In this document: in pieces, positions 33,387 to 41,143 of the stretch
Position numbering within the stretch: position 1 is the first letter of the stretch
Layout of the letters: every line of letters starts with the position of its first letter
Source of the DNA: a virus
DNA length: 64,000 bases
Virus record (IMG/VR): IMGVR_UViG_3300042319_002356
Span: 26,768-90,767 of that record
Direction: 5' to 3' (one strand)
Translations under genes and position numbers: made by a program
Notes under the pieces: model-generated
What the model saw: the letters and a program-made list of their open reading frames with translations, nothing else
Told to the model about the DNA's origin: nothing
Database searches by the model: none

Positions 33387-34130
33387 ATGGAGACAAAAAT
33401 ATGTAAAACTAAACGAGTCAATTTTACAGCGTGTGGAATTGAAAAAACGGTTAATGAATTTTATAAGGGTAGTTCATTATGTAAGACGTGTTCAAAAAAA
33501 CTTAATGATTTAAGAGGTAAAGATTACTTCAGGAAAAAATCAAAAGAAAATTGGGAAAAGAATAAAGAATATTACCGACAAAAATCAAAAGAGTATAGGG
33601 AAAAAAATAAAGAGTATTTTCAAAAATATAGAGATGATAATAAAGAATACATTAGGGATAGATATAAAGAATATTACTCTGAAAATAATGAAAAAGTTGG
33701 TGAAAAAAATAAAAAATGGAGGGAAGAAAATATTGAAAAACACAAAGAATATAATAGAAAATCTGCTCAGAAAAGTAGAAAGGAAAATCCTGAAAAACAC
33801 CGATGGAGATATCTATTAAAGGAAACTTTGAAAAAAATAAAAAAAGATAAAGATGATAAAACAATAGTTTTATTAGGATATTCCCCCGAAGAACTTAAAA
33901 AATACTTAGAAACTTTATCTTCGGATTGGGTTAAGTATGAAATTGACCATAAAATACCAATAACGTGGTTTAAAGAAGATACACCAGCATCTGTGGTTAA
34001 TGATTTTAGAAATTTACAGTTATTAACTAAAAGTGAAAATAATAAAAAAAGAAATTTTTGGATGAGTGATGTTGATGATGTATATTTGAATGAAATTAAA
34101 AACTATATTAAAGAAAAACATATAATATAA
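33387..34130 (+). CDS. HNH-type (homing) endonuclease
   Basis: N-terminal Cys cluster, charged helical repeats, EIDHKIP...NLQLLTKSENNKK. Confidence 0.8.
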   Translation: METKICKTKRVNFTACGIEKTVNEFYKGSSLCKTCSKKLNDLRGKDYFRKKSKENWEKNKEYYRQKSKEYREKNKEYFQKYRDDNKEYIRDRYKEYYSENNEKVGEKNKKWREENIEKHKEYNRKSAQKSRKENPEKHRWRYLLKETLKKIKKDKDDKTIVLLGYSPEELKKYLETLSSDWVKYEIDHKIPITWFKEDTPASVVNDFRNLQLLTKSENNKKRNFWMSDVDDVYLNEIKNYIKEKHII

Positions 34131-34702
34131 TGCGCATTATACTACTTGACCACGATGGAGTTATCTGTTTATCAGGTAATTGGGGGTCACGATTTAAGAA
34201 ACAACAAAAGGAGAGAAAGAAGTTGAGTCAGGACGTTATGTCAATGCCAGTTGATGCTCGTTTTGATAACTTTGACAAGAAGGCAATCAAGGTACTGAAC
34301 AAAATCTTGGAACAGACCGGAGCTGAAATTGTTGTTTCATCTGATTGGAAAAATTGGTGTACAGTTGAAGAAATGGGTGATTACTACGAAAGACAGGGTA
34401 TCATCAAACGACCAATTGATTTCACAGGAAACAACATTGATGGTGAGAAAGTTACCTGGCACCGAAATTGGGATTTGGAAGGAACAAGAAGTATTCAGAT
34501 TCAAGATTGGTTAAAGGAACATCCTGAAGTTACACATTGGGTTGCTATTGATGACTTGAATATGGCAAAGACTGGACTTCACTACTCAATGGAATTTGAA
34601 CACGAATGGGCGTTAGATAACTTTGTACATACGCCAATGAATAATGAGGGTATCAAGCAAGTTGGAGTTAAAGAAAAAGTGTTAAAATTTTTGGTAGGTT
34701 AA
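34130..34702 (+). CDS. HAD-superfamily protein (HAD_SAK_2, RNA-repair-associated type)
   Basis: LDHDGV, IVVSSDW and VAIDD motifs. Confidence 0.8.
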   Translation: MRIILLDHDGVICLSGNWGSRFKKQQKERKKLSQDVMSMPVDARFDNFDKKAIKVLNKILEQTGAEIVVSSDWKNWCTVEEMGDYYERQGIIKRPIDFTGNNIDGEKVTWHRNWDLEGTRSIQIQDWLKEHPEVTHWVAIDDLNMAKTGLHYSMEFEHEWALDNFVHTPMNNEGIKQVGVKEKVLKFLVG

Positions 34703-34961
34703 AAAAAAGTATTACATTTGTAAAAAAATAAACGATATGATACCAGTTATTGAAAAAGGAATTATTTCTGAACCTGAATTGATGGATTTCATTATGGGAT
34801 ATAAGAAATTAGTTAAAGCTAACATTATGAGTGAAACAAATTTCCAAATTGTTATGGAAGGTTTGGGTATTCAGATTGGATATAAAGGTGAAATTATTTT
34901 GGATGAAAATAATGTCTACATATTGTCGGAATAAAAAATTCGTTGTATATTTGTAAAAGAA

Positions 34962-35357
34962 ATGAAAACACAAAAAATGAGTATTATGAGTAAAAAAGGT
35001 AAAAACAAAAATCAAAACGCTGAGTTGATTGAGCGTCTTAATGAAATCCAATCACAATTGAATGAAGTAAAAGTTGACGCAGGAGTTGAAGAAACTGAAT
35101 TCACATTCACAAAAGAACAACTTGAAAACTTCTTAGTTGAGTACACAAACAAAATTAATGATTATATCTTTGATGAAATGTTTCGGTCACTTGATTCTGA
35201 TGAAATTGTGTCTATTGATGTTGATGGTCGTGAGATTAACACTTACGTTGATGAAGACAAATTGAGAGATGCGTTTGTCACGGCAACTGAATCTGTTGAA
35301 ACTGATACTATAATGGAATATGCTGACGAAGCAATGTCCGAAGTCGGAGTAGACTAA
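34962..35357 (+). CDS. Acidic hypothetical protein
   Basis: 131 aa ORF. Confidence 0.65.
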   Translation: MKTQKMSIMSKKGKNKNQNAELIERLNEIQSQLNEVKVDAGVEETEFTFTKEQLENFLVEYTNKINDYIFDEMFRSLDSDEIVSIDVDGREINTYVDEDKLRDAFVTATESVETDTIMEYADEAMSEVGVD

Positions 35358-35368
35358 TTTGTAAAGAA

Positions 35369-35900
35369 GACCCCACAATACCGTTTATCTGCGGTTGGAC
35401 AGTGTGAACCTGGCTTGAAGGCTCCAAGGCTATGGGGGAGGCTACACAGAACGTGAAATACATATAGCACTACTTAATCGGTGTTAATTGGTTTGGGGAA
35501 GTTCAACCAAGTATGATAGGGAACAATGAATTAGATACCCTCGTTATGGATTAAAAGGGTTAGGGGCTTTAAGTAGTCGTGTCGTAATCCACAAGTCGTA
35601 AGAACACTAGACAATCTTACGATATACACTCTTCTTCCGAGTGAGGTTAACCAAGTAACTATGGTGACAGGGCGAAGATGTCTTGAGGGTAACACTGAGC
35701 GCCTTGACCGAGAAGCTTATGACTAATTTGATTAAGTGAGTAGGGACAGGACGGAGTGTGAGAGTATAGGTCCTCGGTGGACGGTTACTATGGTCCCACT
35801 CTCTTGGGGCATATCCGAGGAAATACTACTGATGGTAAAATACTACTAACCAAAGGTCGTCTCGTGAATTACCCACGGACAGGGAAGACGACCTTTAACT
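35369..35900 (+). ncRNA. Large GC-enriched structured non-coding region of unknown class
   Basis: No ORF of 60 aa or more; helices ACTACTTAA/TTAAGTAGT, TATAC(A)CTCT/AGAGTATA, CCTCGG/CCGAGG and AAAGGTCGTCT/AGACGACCTTT. Confidence 0.6.
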
Positions 35901-36140
35901 TTTTAAAAAGAATAAAACAATGGCGGCAAAATCAAAACATTATTTGGACGTATTGAGTTGGGTTAAATCGGTTATCAAATCAATTGACCATCCGTTACAA
36001 GACGCAACTGCAAAAAGACTCATCGGAAATTATTTTGAAATGTATGGAGATAAGTTTACACTCAAGGAGAAAATTCAGATTGGGATGGATTTGAGGATGG
36101 AACTTGACGCTGTGGTATATAAAAAAACAAAACAATCAAT

Positions 36141-36863
36141 ATGAATTACGGAAAAGAATTTAGAAAATTCGCAATGAGTGAGGGAATTTCCTCATTAAGT
36201 CTTGACAGCTTTGAAAACTCCTTAACACCTTATGTGTTGGAAGAAAGGGAGATGAGAGCAACACAGATTGACATCTTCTCAAGATTAATGAGAGAAAGAA
36301 TTTTATGGGTATCAGGACCCGTTAACCAAAGAATGTCAGACATTGTCCAAGCACAATTGTTATTCTTGGATTCAGTGGAGAAACGAGACATTACATTATA
36401 TATTAACTCACCTGGTGGTTCAGTTCTATGTGGACTCGGAATCGTGGATTTGATGAATTACATTAAGTCAGATGTTGCAACAACCAATATTGGAATGTGT
36501 GCATCAATGGGTTCAGTATTATTGTCATCAGGAACAAAAGGAAAGCGTTCATCCCTTGTTTATTCAAAGGTGATGACCCACCAGGTGAGTCATGGAACAC
36601 ATGGAAATGTTCAAGACACACGTATTAACCAATTGGAAGCTGAAAAATACAATTACATTTTGTTTAAGATGTTGGCTGAAAATTGTGGAAAGTCATTTGA
36701 TGAAGTATTAGAATTCTCAAGACGAGACAGATGGTATACATCAGATGAAGCAAAAGAATTTGGATTGATTGATGAAGTAATCAAAACTGAAGGAACCAAA
36801 TCAATCACGGAAATGTTGGAAGGGTTTGACGACTACTACAACAAGGAAGTGATGTCTAAATAA
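36141..36863 (+). CDS. clpP: ATP-dependent Clp protease proteolytic subunit
   Basis: DIFSRL, YINSPGGS, CASMG (catalytic Ser), MTHQ and RDRW motifs. Confidence 0.95.
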   Translation: MNYGKEFRKFAMSEGISSLSLDSFENSLTPYVLEEREMRATQIDIFSRLMRERILWVSGPVNQRMSDIVQAQLLFLDSVEKRDITLYINSPGGSVLCGLGIVDLMNYIKSDVATTNIGMCASMGSVLLSSGTKGKRSSLVYSKVMTHQVSHGTHGNVQDTRINQLEAEKYNYILFKMLAENCGKSFDEVLEFSRRDRWYTSDEAKEFGLIDEVIKTEGTKSITEMLEGFDDYYNKEVMSK

Positions 36864-36941
36864 AAAAGAGGGTGGAAACACCCTTTTTTTATTTTATAGT
36901 GTAACTTTTTGATATTTATGTAGTACACTGATGAACCTCAC

Positions 36942-37415
36942 ATGGAAAAGACTTTACTCTCATACGAAGGAAATATTACAACTGAATATATTGACAGTGT
37001 GGTTGAGTATGTTAATACATTGGATGAAAAACCGGCATTAATTAGAAAGATTTGTTTTTTAATTGTTGAAGTTTTACAAAATGTATTCCACCATTCAGAT
37101 AAGAATGAACATGGAAATACTTTCGCATATTTCCAATTAATTAAGGATGATACTTATATAATAAAAACCGGAAATTTAATCTCAAAAGAAAAAACCGAAG
37201 GGTTAGAAAAAAGATTAGAATGTGTCGTGAGTTCAACTGAGGATGAAATTAAAGAAAAAATATTCAATAATTTAAATAAGGAAGGATTTAGTGAAAAGGG
37301 TGGTGCTGGAATTGGACTTCTTTCAATCAGGAAGAAAGTGAATGATGGAATGACATATGATATTGAGATTTTTAAAGGTGATTATAATATGATTCATTTT
37401 GAAATTAGAATATGA
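36942..37415 (+). CDS. SiaB-family (GHKL-type) protein kinase
   Basis: VEVLQNVFHH, TGNLI and GGAGIGL motifs. Confidence 0.75.
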   Translation: MEKTLLSYEGNITTEYIDSVVEYVNTLDEKPALIRKICFLIVEVLQNVFHHSDKNEHGNTFAYFQLIKDDTYIIKTGNLISKEKTEGLEKRLECVVSSTEDEIKEKIFNNLNKEGFSEKGGAGIGLLSIRKKVNDGMTYDIEIFKGDYNMIHFEIRI

Positions 37416-37948
37416 AAAAAGATACTGGAAATATTAGAGATATAATGAAGTTTTTCATTGCTCATCAGATAAAGAAAGGAGAAATACCCAAATTAACACC
37501 TGTCATTTATCACAACATAGGGGTTAGTAAAAATTCATTAAACGATATCACAAAGGTTCTACCGGTGTTTAGAGAAATTTTGGGTGATGATTATATACAA
37601 AAATTCATATCAAAATTTGAAAACAAACCAATTAATGTTAATGATTATGATGATAACATAGGTGTTGGAGGTTATGATTTCATATTTAAATTTGATATTT
37701 ATAAAATGTATAATTATAATGATTTCTATCTTGTAGAACTCAATATTAATATTGAGCCAGGTGGTGAGGTTACACTTATGACTGACGGTGAAACATATAC
37801 ATTTGAAGAAATGGATAGGACAAACCACGAGGCATGGCAAGAAGTACAACAAGAAATAATTGAATTAATATTTGACATACTTCGTTACAAACTCACAGAT
37901 TACACCGGACTCCAAGACTTTTCAATAGAAAAGTTGAAGTATTTTTAA
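37412..37948 (+). CDS. Hypothetical protein
   Basis: 178 aa ORF. Confidence 0.65.
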   Translation: MKKDTGNIRDIMKFFIAHQIKKGEIPKLTPVIYHNIGVSKNSLNDITKVLPVFREILGDDYIQKFISKFENKPINVNDYDDNIGVGGYDFIFKFDIYKMYNYNDFYLVELNINIEPGGEVTLMTDGETYTFEEMDRTNHEAWQEVQQEIIELIFDILRYKLTDYTGLQDFSIEKLKYF

Positions 37949-37955
37949 AAAAAAC

Positions 37956-37986
37956 TTGACATAACTGAAAAATAGCAGTACTTTTG
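37956..37986 (+). promoter_or_regulatory. Bacteroidota-type promoter of the leader/tRNA operon
   Basis: TTGACA-17 nt-TACTTTTG, the same spacing as at 46739, 63319, 63421 and 63530. Confidence 0.8.
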
Positions 37987-38015
37987 TAAAACAATTGATA
38001 TTTAATAAGAAAACA

Positions 38016-38129
38016 ATGAAACAGAACTCAACACATAACGTAAGTAATCTCCCGATGAACGTGGGCCAAGCGTGGTTTACGATTAAGGGGCAGGATTGCC
38101 GTAAGTTCAGGGTTCTTAATAAGATGTAA
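38016..38129 (+). CDS. Putative attenuator leader peptide (37 aa, MKQNSTHNVSNLPMNVGQAWFTIKGQDCRKFRVLNKM)
   Basis: Translated manually; A-rich start context; 29 different codons; overlaps the antiterminator arm. Confidence 0.8.
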   Translation: MKQNSTHNVSNLPMNVGQAWFTIKGQDCRKFRVLNKM

Positions 38130-38187
38130 TCGTATCATCAAATATATAAAGAAGGACCCTGAACTATAAAGTTCGGGGTTTTTTTTT
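38104..38187 (+). promoter_or_regulatory. Mutually exclusive antiterminator/terminator (attenuator)
   Basis: 38104-38117 AGTTCAGGGTTCTT pairs over 14 bp with 38152-38165; alternatively 38156-38165 pairs with 38170-38179 in a 10 bp hairpin followed by a U tract. Confidence 0.85.
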
Positions 38188-38201
38188 GGTGTTACAAAAA
38201 G

Positions 38202-38212
38202 GTTCTTTGACA
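38202..38212 (+). promoter_or_regulatory. rrn boxA-like element
   Basis: GTTCTTTGACA just before the first tRNA; similar elements at 63587 and 55534. Confidence 0.55.
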
Positions 38213-38229
38213 TATTGGGAAAAATAAAT

Positions 38230-38308
38230 GACCTCATAGCTCAGTTGGTTTTTAGAGCGCCATACTTTTATAATATGGGAGTCCCGAGTTCAAATCTCGG
38301 TGGGGTCA
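38230..38308 (+). tRNA. tRNA, probably Lys(TTT)-derived, with a 9-nt anticodon loop
   Basis: Full cloverleaf; CCATA-CTTTTATAA-TATGG anticodon arm. Confidence 0.7.
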
Positions 38309-38309
38309 C

Positions 38310-38451
38310 AATTGGTAGTAAAAATGCGTAGGATGGAAGACGTGGAGAGACGAGTCGCAAGGGTACACACTTAGAACTGCTCTATTATGGTGTGTGAAGC
38401 GTCGTAGTGATACGAATCCCAGATTCCTGATAAATCCATCCACTACCAATT
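38310..38451 (+). ncRNA. Unknown structured RNA between tRNAs
   Basis: Closing helices AATTGGTAGT/ACTACCAATT and GGATGGA/TCCATCC, plus internal stems. Confidence 0.6.
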
Positions 38452-38458
38452 TTTATAT

Positions 38459-38531
38459 GCGTCTGTAGCTCAATTGGTAGAGTACTGGTCTCCAAAACCA
38501 GGTGTTAGAGGTTCGAGTCCTCTCAGGCGTG
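38459..38531 (+). tRNA. tRNA-Trp(CCA)
   Basis: Cloverleaf; CT-CCA-AA loop. Confidence 0.93.
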
Positions 38532-38537
38532 CAACAA

Positions 38538-38610
38538 GCCTCCTTAGCTCAGTTGGTAGAGCACTTGTTTTGTAAACAAGATGTCGTTGGTTCGAATCCG
38601 ACAGGAGGCT
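38538..38610 (+). tRNA. tRNA-Thr(TGT)
   Basis: Cloverleaf; TT-TGT-AA loop. Confidence 0.93.
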
Positions 38611-38617
38611 CAAACAT

Positions 38618-38692
38618 TCTCACGTAGCTCAGGTGGTTTAGAGCATTTGACTGATATTCAAAAGGTCGTTGGTTCGAGTCCAACCGTGAGAA
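38618..38692 (+). tRNA. tRNA-Ile(GAT)
   Basis: Cloverleaf; CT-GAT-AT loop. Confidence 0.9.
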
Positions 38693-38700
38693 CTTAATTT

Positions 38701-38775
38701 CTAGGTGTCGGGCAGATGGTTATACCCGCATGGTTTGGGACCATGATATCGTAGGTTCGAATCCTACCACTTAGA
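38701..38775 (+). tRNA. tRNA-Pro(TGG)
   Basis: Cloverleaf; C1-G72; TT-TGG-GA loop. Confidence 0.9.
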
Positions 38776-38782
38776 CAACAAT

Positions 38783-38855
38783 GGGCTGTTGGTATAGACG
38801 GTTAACACACTTGCTTTGCACGCATGAGTCCCCGGTTCGAGTCCGGGATGGTCCA
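38783..38855 (+). tRNA. tRNA-Ala(TGC)
   Basis: G3:U70 pair; TT-TGC-AC loop. Confidence 0.9.
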
Positions 38856-38867
38856 CTAATCGGAAGT

Positions 38868-38935
38868 ACGTAAAAAATGGGTGGAACTTGTGAAAAATGA
38901 GAGTAAAACCACTCTTAACGTAAAAAATGGGTGGA
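38868..38935 (+). repeat. 18-nt direct repeat with a 50-nt period
   Basis: ACGTAAAAAATGGGTGGA at 38868 and 38918. Confidence 0.8.
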
Positions 38936-38954
38936 GAATATTTGAAAGAAATAT

Positions 38955-39030
38955 GGGGTGATAGCACAGGTGGTCAGTTCGCGTCGGTCTGAAAAACCGA
39001 AGATGTGTGGTTCAACTCCCACTCACCCCA
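38955..39030 (+). tRNA. tRNA-Phe(GAA)
   Basis: CT-GAA-AA loop; bulged D and T stems. Confidence 0.8.
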
Positions 39031-39110
39031 CGAGGTCCTGAATTAACAGGACAACCCCACCTCCGATATGGCAGTCAGTCCGTTAATCTGACGAAGTGGG
39101 TTTTTTATAA

Positions 39111-39186
39111 GCGGGTGTTGCATAGTGGCCGATTGCGTCTGCCTTCCAAGCAGAAATCACCGTGGGTTCGAATCCCACTACCCGCT
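39111..39186 (+). tRNA. tRNA-Gly(TCC)
   Basis: GCGGGTG acceptor, CT-TCC-AA loop, U73. Confidence 0.92.
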
Positions 39187-39266
39187 CCTAGTGTCTCGGT
39201 AAGCTCTGACGAAAGTCAACTACGAGGTCTCGGTGGACAGAAGGCCTCTGATTCCACCCACTTTTT

Positions 39267-39339
39267 GGCTCCATGGTTGAATGGCAACAATGCCGGCTTG
39301 TCACGCCGTGTGGTACGGGTTCGAATCCCGTTGGAGCCG
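39267..39339 (+). tRNA. tRNA-Asp(GTC)
   Basis: TT-GTC-AC loop, G73. Confidence 0.9.
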
Positions 39340-39400
39340 CAAAAAGAGGAATAACTTGTGTAGGTGCCTCAGGGGACTGCAGCCCCACTACACTCCATTT

Positions 39401-39471
39401 TGTCCCTTCATCTAATGGCAGGATATCAGATTTTGATTCTGAGTATGTTGGTTCGAATCCAGCAGGGACAA
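39401..39471 (+). tRNA. tRNA-Gln(TTG)
   Basis: U1-A72; TT-TTG-AT loop. Confidence 0.88.
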
Positions 39472-39507
39472 CTTTTTTAATTCAAATTTTTTTATTATAT
39501 TTGCTCT

Positions 39508-40119
39508 ATGAACTCAACTAATTTAAAATTAAAATACTCAATTGGGAAAATTGATGAAATTAAAAATCTTGATGGTGACACTAAAGAAAGGTTGTTACTT
39601 GAGTTATTGGGTGAGATGTCTAAAGATAAGAACTCTTCTACATTTAGAGAGGGTGTTACTCTTGGGGTATTAGGTAAAAACCAAAGTGTTACTAAATTGG
39701 GTTATGATTCTGATGATGAACCAATTGAGGTTAAACCTAAGAATATTTCATCAGACTCTAATAAAAAATTTGATGGGTCTGGTAATTTTAGTGATTTTAC
39801 TTGGGCGAGACATAAAAAATATAAGAATGACAACGTCAAAATGATGGTGTCAGGATTTTTAGACGGTAAAGTTTTATTTGTTATTAGTTTTGATTACAAT
39901 TCAAATGATTTTGTAACTGAGATTGAAAGACAATTAACTAAACATTTACCTGATGGTGATGTTAGCAGTAGATATGTTAGAAGTGTTAAATTTAGTTATA
40001 AGCATTTTAACACTTCTGATAGTTTAAAAATTGAATATTTGTCTCCTGAGTTTAAAACATTTGAGAACAAATTCACTAAACCTTTTTATTCCTTTATACT
40101 TAAATATGAATCTAATTAA
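39508..40119 (+). CDS. Putative PD-(D/E)xK restriction endonuclease
   Basis: GYD...IEVK motif; overlaps the downstream MTase gene. Confidence 0.55.
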   Translation: MNSTNLKLKYSIGKIDEIKNLDGDTKERLLLELLGEMSKDKNSSTFREGVTLGVLGKNQSVTKLGYDSDDEPIEVKPKNISSDSNKKFDGSGNFSDFTWARHKKYKNDNVKMMVSGFLDGKVLFVISFDYNSNDFVTEIERQLTKHLPDGDVSSRYVRSVKFSYKHFNTSDSLKIEYLSPEFKTFENKFTKPFYSFILKYESN

Positions 40120-40924
40120 TGAAATAGTTTTAGGGGATGTTCTTGAAACTTTAAAACAAATACCTGATAATAGTTTTGACTTAGGTGTTACTTCACCACC
40201 ATACAATAAACAAAAGAATAGGAAAGGGGTGTTGGTAAAGGATATTAAGTATTCGGATATTACTGATAATTCTGATGAATCTGATTACCAAGTTGAACAA
40301 ATTGAAATACTAAATGAACTATATAGAACTATAAAACCTGGTGGTTCATTTTTCTATAATCATAAAATTAGATGGGATAAAGGTGAAATGTTCCATCCGA
40401 TTGATTGGTTGAAAAAAACTGATTGGGTGGTAAAACAAGAGATTGTTTGGGACCGTAATATTGCTGCTAACATTAGAGGATGGAGATTTTGGCAAGTTGA
40501 GGAAAGAATATATTGGCTATATAAACCAAAAAACAAAGGTGATAATGGAGCTGAGCTAATGTCAAAACACGCTTTGATGACATCAGTTTGGAGACTTAGA
40601 CCTGAGATGGATAAGACGGTAGTATTCAATCACCCGGCACCATTCCCAATTGAGATACCGACAAGGTGCATCTATTCAATTTTGGATGATTTGAAAAATT
40701 GTTTGGTGATTGACCCTTATATGGGGAGCGGAACAAGTGCGGTTGCAACTAGACTACTCGGACACAATTATTTTGGTATTGATATTTCCGAGGAGTATAT
40801 TGGTAATGCTAATTTTAGATTGAACAATATTACTGAAAAAGAGATTGAAAGATTCAACAATGAATTGTCGTTACATAAAGTGAATAAAACGTATAAACAA
40901 AGGAAAGAGGAAAAACTTAAATAA
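40106..40924 (+). CDS. N4-C/N6-A DNA methyltransferase (beta class)
   Basis: TSPPY, HPAPFP and DPYMGSGT motifs. Confidence 0.92.
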   Translation: MNLINEIVLGDVLETLKQIPDNSFDLGVTSPPYNKQKNRKGVLVKDIKYSDITDNSDESDYQVEQIEILNELYRTIKPGGSFFYNHKIRWDKGEMFHPIDWLKKTDWVVKQEIVWDRNIAANIRGWRFWQVEERIYWLYKPKNKGDNGAELMSKHALMTSVWRLRPEMDKTVVFNHPAPFPIEIPTRCIYSILDDLKNCLVIDPYMGSGTSAVATRLLGHNYFGIDISEEYIGNANFRLNNITEKEIERFNNELSLHKVNKTYKQRKEEKLK

Positions 40925-41143
40925 TATGAAAACACTTTGGAAAACATTAATCTATCCATTTCAGATGATATGGGATAGTATCTTTGATAACGACGCACAT
41001 AAGATTGTATCAAAACAAGGACAGAAGGAACTATTGATACGGATAATGAAACACGACGAGGAAGCTGGGATGTATGATGTGGATTTCAGTGAAAAGTCAA
41101 AAGAAAATTTGGATTAACAAGAACATCACAGTATATTTGTCAA

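Noticed and set aside
35369-35900. tmRNA, RNase P RNA, SRP RNA or group I intron
   Set aside because: Their hallmark motifs were not found in the required order.
38230-38308. Ochre (UUA) suppressor reading of the first tRNA
   Set aside because: It requires a C-A closing pair and a pyrimidine at position 37, TAA is the main stop codon here, and a Lys origin fits better.
39031-39110. HDV-like theta ribozyme after tRNA-Phe
   Set aside because: P2-, P4- and CGAA-like parts are present, but I could not build P1 or P1.1.
39086-39215. Hammerhead ribozyme suggested by CTGACGA motifs
   Set aside because: No stem II followed by GAAA and no matching stems I/III.
38028-39521. ORF-track entries 38028-38237(-), 38764-38967(-), 39007-39354(+), 39188-39388(-) and 39273-39521(+)
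   Set aside because: They overlap tRNAs or the attenuator and are most likely spurious; the same applies to 42056-42238, 45355-45440, 46320-46592, 48011-48331 and 55706-55936.
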